This document shows, piece by piece, positions 36,728-46,044 of a DNA stretch of 64,000 bases; the first letter of the stretch is position 1, and every line of letters starts with the position of its first letter. The DNA comes from an uncultured Gemmatimonadaceae bacterium (GTDB taxonomy: Bacteria > Gemmatimonadota > Gemmatimonadetes > Gemmatimonadales > Gemmatimonadaceae), in NCBI GenBank assembly GCA_963761305.1, contig CAVXGK010000002.1, positions 128,001-192,000 of the forward strand, read 5' to 3'. Both the position numbers and the translations under genes were made by a program. The notes under the pieces are model-generated. The model saw nothing but the letters and a program-made list of their open reading frames with translations, ran no database searches and was not told the DNA's origin.

Positions 36728-37426
36728 CTAGCCGCTTGCTCCGAACCAATGCCCGACGAGCGCCGTCACCGCGAGCGCCAGCGCGCTCCAGAACGTGACG
36801 CGGAGCGCGCCGCGCATCCGGCTCGCGCCGCCGGCTCGGGCGGCGAGCGCGCCAAGGAGGGCCAGACACACGAGCGACGCAAGCGCGACGAGCGGGATCA
36901 ACTGGGACGGCGGTGACAGCACGGCAACGACGAGCGGCAACGCGCCACCGACGGAGAACGTCGCCGCCGACGCGAGCGCGGCCTGAATTGGGTTGGCGGC
37001 GCCCGCTTCCGTGATTCCCAACTCGTCGCGCGCGTGCGTGGCGAGGATGTCGCCCTTGCTCAGTTGTTGGGCGACCCTCAGCGCGAGGTCCGGGTCCAAA
37101 CCGCGCCCGACGTAGATCTCCTGGAGCTCCCGGAGCTCCGCTTCGGGCGACTCGGCGAGCTCCCTGCGTTCGCGGACGAGATCCGCCTTCTCGGTGTCGG
37201 CCTGCGAGCTCACGGACACATACTCGCCCGCGGCCATCGACATCGCACCCGCCACGAGTCCGGCGAGCCCGGCGAGCAGCACCGCGCTGTGAGCGCTCCG
37301 CGCCGCCGCGACCCCGACGACGAGCGCCGCGGTGGACACGATGCCGTCGTCCGCTCCGAGCACCGCGGCCCGGAGCCAGCCGATGCGGTGCGTGTAGTGA
37401 GGCTCTCTGTGTGTCGCGAAGGTCAT
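36728..37426 (-). CDS. VIT1/CCC1 family Fe/Mn transporter
   Basis: WLRAAVLGADDGIVSTAAL..AGAMSMAAGEYVSVSSQ..HARDELG..NPIQAALAS. Confidence 0.95.
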   Translation of the reverse strand: MTFATHREPHYTHRIGWLRAAVLGADDGIVSTAALVVGVAAARSAHSAVLLAGLAGLVAGAMSMAAGEYVSVSSQADTEKADLVRERRELAESPEAELRELQEIYVGRGLDPDLALRVAQQLSKGDILATHARDELGITEAGAANPIQAALASAATFSVGGALPLVVAVLSPPSQLIPLVALASLVCLALLGALAARAGGASRMRGALRVTFWSALALAVTALVGHWFGASG

Positions 37427-37488
37427 GTGTCTTCGGGTGTGTCTTCCGTCGCCGCGTAACTTGCGACCGCACCATCGAAGGAGAACTT

Positions 37489-37707
37489 ATGCGAATCAGC
37501 GCGCGCAATCAGCTGGCGGGAACGGTCGAGTCGATCCACGTCGGCGACGTCATGGCGGAAATCGTCGTGGGACTCAAGGGCGGCGATCGTGTCGTCTCGG
37601 CGATCACGGCCGAGTCGGCGAGACGCCTCGGACTGGCACCCGGCAAGTCCGTGACGGTCATCGTGAAATCGACCGAAGTCATTCTGGGCGTGGAGGACGT
37701 TTCGTAG
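37489..37707 (+). CDS. TOBE / molybdopterin-binding (Mop) protein
   Basis: MRISARNQLAGTV..VVSAITAESARRLGL..VIVKSTEV. AAGGAG SD. Confidence 0.92.
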   Translation: MRISARNQLAGTVESIHVGDVMAEIVVGLKGGDRVVSAITAESARRLGLAPGKSVTVIVKSTEVILGVEDVS

Positions 37708-37750
37708 CGCGATCGGGGAATCCCGCGCGGTGTGGCGGGATTCACTCGGC

Positions 37751-37996
37751 ATGAGCGCTGACGCAACTCCCGCGGACAACGAACGCGAGCAGTACGAGCG
37801 ACTCACGCGCCGCGAGCGCGACGTGCTCCGCCGAATCGCGCTCGGCTACTCGGCGACCGAGATCGGCCAGCAACTCCAGATCAGCCCGAAGACCGTCGAC
37901 ACGTACAAGCAGCGAATTCAGGAGAAGGTCGACCTCTCGCACCGCACGCAGTACGTCCAATTCGCGCTCAAGCTCGGACTGCTCGCCGTCGAGTGA
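37751..37996 (+). CDS. Stand-alone LuxR C-terminal HTH protein (possibly a truncated NarL-type response regulator)
   Basis: LTRRERDVLRRIALGYSATEIGQQLQISPKTVDTYKQRIQEK..ALKLGLL. No receiver domain. Confidence 0.8.
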   Translation: MSADATPADNEREQYERLTRRERDVLRRIALGYSATEIGQQLQISPKTVDTYKQRIQEKVDLSHRTQYVQFALKLGLLAVE

Positions 37997-38002
37997 GCTG
38001 AG

Positions 38003-39121
38003 CTACGCCGCGACGGAGGCACGCGCGGGCATGGGCTGGAACCGGAGCGACGCCGCGATTCCGCCGAGTCCGTCCAGCAACTCGGCCGCGCTACCCGACA
38101 CCTGCTCGACGCCCGCGTCCTGGTCGAGCGCCGCGTGGACGGCCGCCTCCGCGTCGTCGGCGTGCTCGTTCAGGAATCGCGCGGTGAGATAGAGATCGCG
38201 AACGCACGCGCGGTCGAGCGCGACCTTGGTGGCGGCTCGGCCCACGGCTCCCAGTCCATGCGCTCCGGACGCATCGGCGATGGCGTGGATCCGTTCCGCG
38301 TCGGACAATTCGCGAAGCGCGGACGCGCCGGCCCGCGCGGCCTCGGCGATCTCGGCGTCGGACGCGTGCATGTCGAGCGACTCGAGCTCGCACACGCGAC
38401 TCGGTACGGCAGACGCGAGGTGCGCGTAGAGCTGCTCGCGGGTCGGGGTGATGCCGCCGGCAAGAATCCAGGCGTCGGCTCCCGCCAGATGAGTGACGCG
38501 CTCGACGACCTCGCCGAGCATCTGATCGCGGCCCGCCAACGCGGCATGCTGCGCGGCATCGCGCCCGGTCGTACCTCTCGTCCCGGGATGGAAATTCTGT
38601 CGCCCCGGACCTCCCATGTGGAGCGGCGGGTTCCCGACGCCGTGGTGCGCGTGAATCTTGTCCGCCTGCTCGACGATGCCGTTGCGATAGACGCTGATCA
38701 AGGCGTGGCGCGCGTCCGCGCTCACGACCACTACCGGACGGTCCTCCTTGATGTCGCGAAGGCACGGAGCTAGCCACGCGCCCTTGCTCCACATCGCCGA
38801 GGTCGGCGCGCCGACTGCCAGCGCGCGCGCGTCGCGAATCCCGTCGACGGTGATGAAGGCGACCCAGCCCGGCGAGCCGGCCATGGGCCCGAACGTCGCG
38901 AGAGCGTCCGCGGCCAGCGTCACGCAGCGCTCGAATTGTTCGCGTTCGTCCGCGGGCGATTCTCGGAGCTCCTCGCGCAACTTGGCCATGCGTCCGTCGA
39001 TGAGCGCACGCCACGCGTGTTGCGCGGCCGGATCCTCCGCCGAGCGGTCGACGTAGATGCTCAGGACACATTCGTCGCGAAGCGAACGATGGAGCGACAT
39101 GAGATCGGCAGAACTGAACAT
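38003..39121 (-). CDS. Bacterial archaeo-eukaryotic release factor-like protein (baeRF, eRF1 domain 2/3-like)
   Basis: From ATG 39121: VLSIYVD..., VVVVSADARHA, ILAGG, C-terminal GAVGRAATKVALDRACVRDL..AGVEQVSG..GGIAASLRF. Confidence 0.65.
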   Translation of the reverse strand: MFSSADLMSLHRSLRDECVLSIYVDRSAEDPAAQHAWRALIDGRMAKLREELRESPADEREQFERCVTLAADALATFGPMAGSPGWVAFITVDGIRDARALAVGAPTSAMWSKGAWLAPCLRDIKEDRPVVVVSADARHALISVYRNGIVEQADKIHAHHGVGNPPLHMGGPGRQNFHPGTRGTTGRDAAQHAALAGRDQMLGEVVERVTHLAGADAWILAGGITPTREQLYAHLASAVPSRVCELESLDMHASDAEIAEAARAGASALRELSDAERIHAIADASGAHGLGAVGRAATKVALDRACVRDLYLTARFLNEHADDAEAAVHAALDQDAGVEQVSGSAAELLDGLGGIAASLRFQPMPARASVAA

Positions 39122-39138
39122 GAGGTTGTCCTCTCGAT

Positions 39139-40188
39139 TCAATTTTGGATGCCGGCGACGGCGCGAGCCGGTGTTCCGAGGAACTCCAGCTCGAACGCGC
39201 GCAGCAGCTCGAAGAAGTACGCCAACGCCAGTGGACCGAGCAGCACGCCCGGAATTCCGATGTAGCGAATGCCGGCGAACGCGCCGACGAGCGTGACGAT
39301 CGGGTGGATGCGCGATACGCGGTGTGCGACGATCGGCCGGATGAAATTGTCGACGTGCGCCGAGATCACACCGCCGATGAACAGGAGCACGAGCGCCGCT
39401 CCGAAGCGGTGCGCGACGAACAACGCGATCGTGCCGGAGCCCCAGACCAGCGACGCGCCGATGATGGGCAGCACCGACACGATTCCGGTCACCGCGCCCC
39501 AGAGTACCGGATTCGGCAAGCCCGTGATGGCAAACCCCGTCCCGACGACGATGGCCTGAACGAGCGAGCCGAGTCCGATGCCGAGCAGCGTCGCCTTGGT
39601 GACGCTGCGGAACTTGAGGCGAAGCCGTTCCGTGGTGGCGCGCGAGAACGGCGAATACGCCACGAGCGATCGCCACGCCTGCTCACCGGAAACGAGCAGA
39701 TAGTAGAGTCCGAAGAACGCGATGATGAGGTTCATGGCGGCTCGCGTTGCGCTGCCGGCGATGACCATGACCTGGCGCGACCCCCACGACTGGAGCGACT
39801 TGGAAATCTCGACGAGCGTCGATCCAATCGCTACGCCGCCGACCTCGAGCGTCGAGACGCGCGCCTGCAGGTGCGACAAGTCCGAATTCACGGCGACCTT
39901 GGGGACCTCGCGAGCGAGCACCGCGCCGATGGCGGAGGCCGGCACCAGAACGAGCGCGATCGCCGTCGCGATCGTCAGTGCCGCCGCGGCACCCGGTCGG
40001 ACACGACGCGACAAGCGCCGGTAGATCGGTGCGAAGATCACGGCGAGAATCGGCGCGCCCAGCAGTCCCGGCAGGAACGGAAAGAGCGCGATGATCAACG
40101 CGAGGCCGAGTGCGGCGACGAGGATGCCCGCGAAAATGCGGTGAGTTGAGCTCCGCCGCCCGCTGCCGCTCAGTTCGGGAACCCGCAT
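39139..40188 (-). CDS. AI-2E family transporter
   Basis: PFLPGLLGAPILAVIFAP..GLPNPVLWG..LPIIGASLVW..VDNFIRP..HPIVTLVGAFAG..GVLLGP. Confidence 0.92.
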   Translation of the reverse strand: MRVPELSGSGRRSSTHRIFAGILVAALGLALIIALFPFLPGLLGAPILAVIFAPIYRRLSRRVRPGAAAALTIATAIALVLVPASAIGAVLAREVPKVAVNSDLSHLQARVSTLEVGGVAIGSTLVEISKSLQSWGSRQVMVIAGSATRAAMNLIIAFFGLYYLLVSGEQAWRSLVAYSPFSRATTERLRLKFRSVTKATLLGIGLGSLVQAIVVGTGFAITGLPNPVLWGAVTGIVSVLPIIGASLVWGSGTIALFVAHRFGAALVLLFIGGVISAHVDNFIRPIVAHRVSRIHPIVTLVGAFAGIRYIGIPGVLLGPLALAYFFELLRAFELEFLGTPARAVAGIQN

Positions 40189-40339
40189 CGCTCCATCGTC
40201 CACTCCGCCGCCCGGTCGTGCGGAAAACGCGTGCACGACAACAGCCCCGTCGGCTCATCGAGCAAGTCGGTTGCCATGCGACACCGGCCATGTGGCGGAC
40301 GCCATGGCGCATCCCGTGAGAAGCGCCCAGTGTATCAGC

Positions 40340-41374
40340 ATGCGCGCGATTCTCCTTCGCCGTCCGGCGCGAAACGCCGGCGATCCGTTGCCGCTCGAGC
40401 CCGCGATCGTGCCGCGGCCGTCGATCGGCGACGAGGACGTGCTCATCCGCGTGTCGGCGTGCGCGGTGTGTCGCACCGACCTCGACATCGCGGAGGGACG
40501 CGTCGCCGCGTCGCACTATCCGGTCGTGCCCGGCCATCAGGTCGTGGGTGAGATCGAAGCGGTCGGCGCTCGCGTTCGCGACCGACGGGAAGGAGATCGC
40601 GTCGGCGTCGCCTGGATCCGCTGGGCGTGCGGCGAATGCCGCTGGTGCCTCGCCGGCGAAGAAAACCTCTGCCCGCGATTCCAATCGAACGGATGCGACG
40701 GCGACGGCGGCTACGCCGAGTACGTATCGGTGCCGGCGGCGTTCACGATTCCGATTCCCGGCGCGCTCGACGATGTCCACGCCGCGCCGCTGCTCTGCGC
40801 CGGCGCCATCGGCTGGCGCTCACTTCGGCTCGCCGACGTCCGCGATGGCGAGCCGCTCGGGCTCACCGGATTCGGCGCATCGGCGCATCTCGTACTCCCG
40901 TTTGCGCGGCATCGACATCCCAATTCGCCAATCTACGTCTTCGCACGCAGCGACGAAGAGCGCACGTTCGCCCGCGAGCTCGGCGCGACGTGGGCGGGCG
41001 ATGCCGCCGATCAGCCGCCCGAACCGCTCGCGGCGATCATCGACACGACGCCGGCCTGGAAGCCGGTCGTCGAGGCGCTGCCGAAATTGATGCCCGGCGG
41101 ACGGCTCGTGATCAACGCCATCAGAAAGAACGACGCCGATCGCGCCGAGCTGCTGCGATTGAACTACGCCACGGATCTGTGGATGGAACGCGAGATCAAG
41201 AGCGTCGCCAACGTCACGCGCCGCGACGTTCGCGAAGTGCTCGACGCGGCGGTCGCGCTACGGCTCGAGCCGACGATCGAGACGATTCCGCTGGCCGACG
41301 CGGGATCCGCGCTGGCGAAAATGCGCGCCGGCGGCGCGATCCGCGGCGCGACCGTGCTCAACGTGCGCGACTGA
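40340..41374 (+). CDS. Zinc-dependent alcohol dehydrogenase (AdhP-like)
   Basis: CAVCRTD, VPGHQVVG, CGECRWC..ENLC, APLLCAG, GFGASAH. Confidence 0.93.
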   Translation: MRAILLRRPARNAGDPLPLEPAIVPRPSIGDEDVLIRVSACAVCRTDLDIAEGRVAASHYPVVPGHQVVGEIEAVGARVRDRREGDRVGVAWIRWACGECRWCLAGEENLCPRFQSNGCDGDGGYAEYVSVPAAFTIPIPGALDDVHAAPLLCAGAIGWRSLRLADVRDGEPLGLTGFGASAHLVLPFARHRHPNSPIYVFARSDEERTFARELGATWAGDAADQPPEPLAAIIDTTPAWKPVVEALPKLMPGGRLVINAIRKNDADRAELLRLNYATDLWMEREIKSVANVTRRDVREVLDAAVALRLEPTIETIPLADAGSALAKMRAGGAIRGATVLNVRD

Positions 41375-41942
41375 GCGCCGCTCGTTTGGTGCCGACCACC
41401 TGGACGGGCATCTCGCTCAACTTTCGAAACACGCGCTCGCGCCGCTGCACCGGCCACCAGTCGTAGAGGTACATCTCCATCGGCCGCCACATCGCGACCC
41501 ACCCGGCGATGGTGAGACTCTCACGCACGTAGCCGCCCCAGTCGCCGGCGTCGCGGGGCACGACGGCGTGCGTGATCAGAAGACACGTGGCGAGGAACAC
41601 GAGTCCGATGACGAGCGCGACGCGCCCCTCGCGCAGGATGCGTTTGAATTCCAGATGGGCGATGCCGGCCCGGTAGTCGTAGTAGTTGTGGACGGCCTTC
41701 GTGATCAGCGCCGTCGGATCGACGTCGGGCCAGCGCTCGAGATGGACGCGCAGAGAGACGGGCGCGTCGACGGGATACTCGCGCGCCCAACTGACGATGT
41801 ATTCGTCCGCGTCCTGATCGAGATCCCGCTCGTTGAACGGCGAAGGATCCATGGAATTGAAGAGCTGATTGACCTCGTGGACGTTCAGCTCGATCAGACG
41901 TGCGGGCCCTTTCGACTCTGGTGTCAGGCGAAACAGGCTCAT
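41358..41942 (-). CDS. Conserved-looking hypothetical membrane protein
   Basis: From ATG 41942 (GGAGG SD): QLFNSMDPSPFNERDLD..two TM segments..ESLTIAGWVAMWRPME.YLYDWWP. Confidence 0.75.
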   Translation of the reverse strand: MSLFRLTPESKGPARLIELNVHEVNQLFNSMDPSPFNERDLDQDADEYIVSWAREYPVDAPVSLRVHLERWPDVDPTALITKAVHNYYDYRAGIAHLEFKRILREGRVALVIGLVFLATCLLITHAVVPRDAGDWGGYVRESLTIAGWVAMWRPMEMYLYDWWPVQRRERVFRKLSEMPVQVVGTKRAALSRAR

Positions 41943-42093
41943 CTTCGCCTCCTGCTGAGTCTTGCTTACACGTTTCGGGCCGCCGACGCGAACCCCCGCG
42001 AGCCGGGGGGGCGGCATTACATTGGCAGCGCCCGCCAGCGCGCCGTCGCCCCGGCGCGTGAAACCCGTCGCTCATTCGCCCGGAAGACCGCAA

Positions 42094-42468
42094 ATGGAGA
42101 GAGCCAAGGCCCTCGCGTTGTACGACAAGCTGCTCGCCACCAACCCGAACGTGGAGCGAAAGGGCGACACGATGCCGTACACGTCGCTCAACGGCAACAT
42201 GTTCAGCCTGTTCACCAAAGAGAACCGGCTCACGCTCCGCTTGCCGGAGGAAGAGCGCGAGGCGTTTCTATCGCGCTACAAGACGACGCTTTCAGAGCAG
42301 TACGGCCACGTCCAGCCGGAGTACGTCGTCGTCCCGGACGCGTTGTTGGCGAAAACGGCCGAGTTGAAGCGGCACTTCGACGTCAGCTACGCGTACGTCA
42401 CGTCGCTTCGGCCGAAGCCGACGACGAAGAAGAAGCCAGCCGGCGCGAAGCAGCGACGGAAGAAGTAG
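42094..42468 (+). CDS. TfoX/YdhG-like small protein
   Basis: RKGDTMPYTSLNGNMFS..LRLP..EYVVVPDALL..SYAYVTSLRPKPT with a basic tail. Family call is tentative. Confidence 0.6.
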   Translation: MERAKALALYDKLLATNPNVERKGDTMPYTSLNGNMFSLFTKENRLTLRLPEEEREAFLSRYKTTLSEQYGHVQPEYVVVPDALLAKTAELKRHFDVSYAYVTSLRPKPTTKKKPAGAKQRRKK

Positions 42469-42501
42469 TTGCCGCCCATCGATACCACCCAGCCCATACC
42501 G

Positions 42502-42984
42502 ATGCCCACCACCTTCATCCAGCACCCCGGCCGCGCCGGCATGTTCGGCGCGCTGATGGACGAGTACGCCCGATCGGCCGAGGACTTTTGTCGCGTCGTC
42601 GATTGGTTCGACGCGTCGCGGTTCGACGCCGAGCGACCAGAGAACTCGCCGACGACCAAATCGCCCCGGGTCATGTGCGCGCACGTGTGTGGCGCGTCGC
42701 ACCGCTACGCGAACTACATCCGCAAAGCGCGCGGCGTGGACTTCATCGATCGCTACGAGGTCGACCCGGCGCTCATCACGTCACCGCACGACGTCCGCCG
42801 ACTCCTCGCCGAAGGCATCATGTTCACCGAGGCGACCGTCGAACCGCTGCGCGCATCGACGGAAGAACAGGTCCGCGCGCTGACGTTCCCCGTACGCTGG
42901 GGGCCGACCTACGACCCGGAGATGATCATCGAGCACTCGATCTGTCATCTCCTACGGCATAGGCGTCAGCTGGAGCGTTGGTGA
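42502..42984 (+). CDS. DinB-family protein
   Basis: GALMDEYAR..S...MCAHV..Y..IEHSICHLLRHRRQL (His metal site). Confidence 0.75.
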   Translation: MPTTFIQHPGRAGMFGALMDEYARSAEDFCRVVDWFDASRFDAERPENSPTTKSPRVMCAHVCGASHRYANYIRKARGVDFIDRYEVDPALITSPHDVRRLLAEGIMFTEATVEPLRASTEEQVRALTFPVRWGPTYDPEMIIEHSICHLLRHRRQLERW

Positions 42985-42991
42985 GCTGAAC

Positions 42992-43089
42992 GAGGGACGA
43001 GTGCGGTGACGGAGCACGGAGACCTGGAACGAGAATGAGGGACGAGTGCGGTGACGGAGTGCGGAGACCTGGAACGAGAATGAGGGACG
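42992..43089. repeat. 45-bp direct tandem repeat (2.2 copies) between convergent genes
   Basis: GAGGGACGAGTGCGGTGACGGAG(CA/TG)CGGAGACCTGGAACGAGAAT at 42992 and 43037, partial copy at 43082. Confidence 0.9.
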
Positions 43090-43094
43090 CGGGG

Positions 43095-44369
43095 CTAGAG
43101 CGTTTTCAAGTATTGAACGAGGTCGGTCTTCTGCGCCGGCGTCAGGTGCAGACCCTTTTTCGTGTCGTACAAGTCGACGACGGCTTCGAGCGTCGGGGCG
43201 ACGCCGTTGTGGAAATAGGGCGCGTGCTGCGACAGACCGCGGAGCGGCGTCGTGCGATACTCCTTCGTCGCGCTGCGTGACGCGAGGCTCGGCCCACCGT
43301 TCGGCTCCGGTTCGCTCACGACCTCCGACGCCTGATGCAAGCGGCCCGGCGCATCGGTGAAATTCGCGCCGACGTGGCACGTCGCGCATTTGCCGGCGCC
43401 GTTGAACACGGTCTTGCCGCGCGCCGCGGCGGCCTGATCGAATGACCCCGCGGCCGGCGCCGGCTTCACAAGACTCAGCTGATACTCCTGTAACGCCGGG
43501 AGCAGCGCCGTCACCGAATCCGGCGGATTCTGCACGTTCTCCGGCGGCGTGAGGCGCGAGTCGGTGAAGCTGCCGTGCCCGTGCATCTGTGTGACGGCCA
43601 CGTATCGATTCCAGTACGCGATCTCCTTTCCGTCGCCTGTGTACGTCACGCTCGCCACGCCGCGAAGCCCGTACGCAGGCGGGATCGCCTGGGGCGCGCT
43701 CTTGCCGTCGAAGTTGTAGCGGGCGTCGTACATGCCCGGGCCCCACGAGTTGTAGACCGCCTTCTGCGCCGGGGTCAACGCGGGCGACAGCGCGATGATC
43801 GCGCCGGGGTTCAGGTCGTGGTTCGGCCAACCGTCCAACCGTTTGCCGATGCCCGGCGCGAACGAGTTGTCGACCGTCGAATGACACAACGCGCACGTGA
43901 TGCCGACGCGCGTGAGCTGGTCCTTGCCGTTCACCGTCGTCACGGTGCCGCGAACGCCGACCACCGCGTTCAGCTTGAGGAGCACGACCGTCGTCGCCGG
44001 GCTCTTGAGATCGACCGTTCCGTTCTTGATGCCCTGGACGACGGCCGGCGGCAGCGAGTCCGTATCTACTTTCAGGCCGACCTTGAGCGCCGTGGTCGGA
44101 TCGACCGCGCTCTGAATCACCTGGTTCATGTGCAACGAGTCGGTCCAGAAGGTCTCGTCGCCGAACGTCTCGTAGCGAAAGATCGTCTTGCCGCTCGCGG
44201 CGAACGCCGGATCCAGCGTGCCGGCGGCGGCAGATGTGTTCGACGCCTTGTTGCAGCCGGATACACTCGCAACAACGGCCAGTGCGGCGATCAACACGAG
44301 AGGACGTCGCGATGCAAGGCCGAGACCTGCGCCATCGCTGCCGTGCTCGGCAGGAACAGTGTAGCCCAT
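43095..44369 (-). CDS. Di-heme c-type cytochrome lipoprotein (peroxidase-like C-terminus)
   Basis: Lipobox VSGC; CALCH and CATCH; YRTTPLRGL..APYFHNG..TLEAVV..LVQYLKTL. Confidence 0.85.
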   Translation of the reverse strand: MGYTVPAEHGSDGAGLGLASRRPLVLIAALAVVASVSGCNKASNTSAAAGTLDPAFAASGKTIFRYETFGDETFWTDSLHMNQVIQSAVDPTTALKVGLKVDTDSLPPAVVQGIKNGTVDLKSPATTVVLLKLNAVVGVRGTVTTVNGKDQLTRVGITCALCHSTVDNSFAPGIGKRLDGWPNHDLNPGAIIALSPALTPAQKAVYNSWGPGMYDARYNFDGKSAPQAIPPAYGLRGVASVTYTGDGKEIAYWNRYVAVTQMHGHGSFTDSRLTPPENVQNPPDSVTALLPALQEYQLSLVKPAPAAGSFDQAAAARGKTVFNGAGKCATCHVGANFTDAPGRLHQASEVVSEPEPNGGPSLASRSATKEYRTTPLRGLSQHAPYFHNGVAPTLEAVVDLYDTKKGLHLTPAQKTDLVQYLKTL

Positions 44370-44482
44370 CGTAGGATTCCTCCGACGAGTCGATCGACGA
44401 ACATCGAGCGGCGTGACGTGCGAACCAACGGAATAAGAGGCGTCATCGTGCCGGTGTCTTGTGGATTCTTGACGTGGGCAGC

Positions 44483-45376
44483 ATGACCGAAGCGGCCGAC
44501 GACGCTCTCGCCAGGGCGCGGCCCGACCATGCGGAGATCGTCGCGGTGAAAATGTCCACTGGGGCGTCGGTCGAGCTCATGCGATCGTCGTATCGGGCGC
44601 AGGCGTTCCCGAAGCACACGCACGAGTTCTTCACGATCGGGCTGGTGCTTCGCGGCGCTGGACGACTGTGGTATCGCGGCGCCGAGCGAGTCACGAATCG
44701 CGGCGAGGTGGTCGTGATTCCCCCGGGTGAGGTGCACACCGGCTCGGTGGCGCCCGGCGCGGACGTGCTCGAGTATGTGGCCGCGCACGTCCCGGCCGAT
44801 GTTATGGCCGAGTGCGCGGATGACGGCGACGGTGGCGGGTGCCCGCCGGACCTCGATGCGCCGGTGTTTCACGACGAGGTGGTCGCGGCACACCTGCGAC
44901 GACTCGAGGGCGCGATGGCATCCGATGCGTCGGCGCGCGATGCCGCGGACGAGGCGTTGACGGCGGCGATCGGCCTGCTGGTCGAGCGTCACACGCGCAC
45001 GTCGTGCTCGCCGACCGCGGCGAGGCGCCTCGGCGACGGGGAAGGAGAGCCGCGCCTCGTGCAAATCGCCCGCGAAGCGCTCGACGACTGCTACGGCGAC
45101 AACGCGCAGACGTCGCTGGCGGCGCTCGCCTTACGCGCCGGGGTCAGTCCGTTCCATCTTGTACGCGTGTTCACGCGCGTCGTCGGACTATCCCCGCATC
45201 AATACCTCGTGCAAACGCGAATTCGCCGCGCTACCGAGCTCCTCGCGCGCGGAGTCCCATGTTCGTTCGTCGCTGCGACGACCGGGTTCGCCGATCAGAG
45301 CCATCTGACGAGGCAATTCAAGCGCTATTTGGGGATCACGCCCGCGTCGTACCAGCGGTGCGTCCGTGCCGGCTAG
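44483..45376 (+). CDS. AraC family transcriptional regulator
   Basis: FPKHTHEFFTIG..PPGEVH; SPFHLVRVF..GLSPHQY..GFADQSHLTRQFKRYLGITPASY. Confidence 0.93.
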   Translation: MTEAADDALARARPDHAEIVAVKMSTGASVELMRSSYRAQAFPKHTHEFFTIGLVLRGAGRLWYRGAERVTNRGEVVVIPPGEVHTGSVAPGADVLEYVAAHVPADVMAECADDGDGGGCPPDLDAPVFHDEVVAAHLRRLEGAMASDASARDAADEALTAAIGLLVERHTRTSCSPTAARRLGDGEGEPRLVQIAREALDDCYGDNAQTSLAALALRAGVSPFHLVRVFTRVVGLSPHQYLVQTRIRRATELLARGVPCSFVAATTGFADQSHLTRQFKRYLGITPASYQRCVRAG

Positions 45377-46043
45377 TCCGCGCGCATTCGCGTGGAGCCG
45401 GCGCGCCGCCACGTTCTCCGGCCTTGGCGCCGTCGCGGCGATGGTCGTCTATCCCGGCGGCACGTATCGCGACCACTCGACGACCGGTTACCAGTTCTTT
45501 CACAACTTCTTCAGCGATCTGGGCGCGACGGTGGCGTACAACGGCCAGCCGAATCAGTTCGGGGCCCCGGTGTACTTCGTGAGCCTCGTGGTGTTGGTGA
45601 TCGCGATGGGCGCGATGCTCGTCTCGCTCGCGCGCGTCTATTCCCGGTCGGCGCGCGCCGTGTGGTTCACCCGGCTCGCCGCCGTCGCGGGCGCGCTCAC
45701 GTGCGCGTTCTTCATCGGCGTGGCGGCCACGCCGGAGAACCACTTCATGCCGCTGCACGTGCTGTTCACGAAACTGGCATTCCGCACCTTTCCGACGGTG
45801 CCGCTGTTTCTCGGCTTGGCGGCTGTCCGGAATCCTGCGCTACCGTCGCGCGTCGGCGTCGCGTGGGTGGTGATGATCGTGCTGCTGGTCTCGTACGTCC
45901 TCGTGCTGGACTTCGGGCCGCGGGCATCGACGCCGGTCGGCCTGGTGGTACAGGTAACCGCGCAGAAGATCGTTTCGGTCGGAGCGGTAGTGCTCCTCGT
46001 CTACCAGTCGTTTCAGGCCGAGCGACTCACGACCGTCGGATAG
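45366..46043 (+). CDS. Membrane protein (DUF998-like)
   Basis: AMVVYPGG..YQFFHNFFSDLG plus 5-6 TM segments. Start uncertain. Confidence 0.65.
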   Translation: MPASPRAFAWSRRAATFSGLGAVAAMVVYPGGTYRDHSTTGYQFFHNFFSDLGATVAYNGQPNQFGAPVYFVSLVVLVIAMGAMLVSLARVYSRSARAVWFTRLAAVAGALTCAFFIGVAATPENHFMPLHVLFTKLAFRTFPTVPLFLGLAAVRNPALPSRVGVAWVVMIVLLVSYVLVLDFGPRASTPVGLVVQVTAQKIVSVGAVVLLVYQSFQAERLTTVG

Positions 46044-46044
46044 T

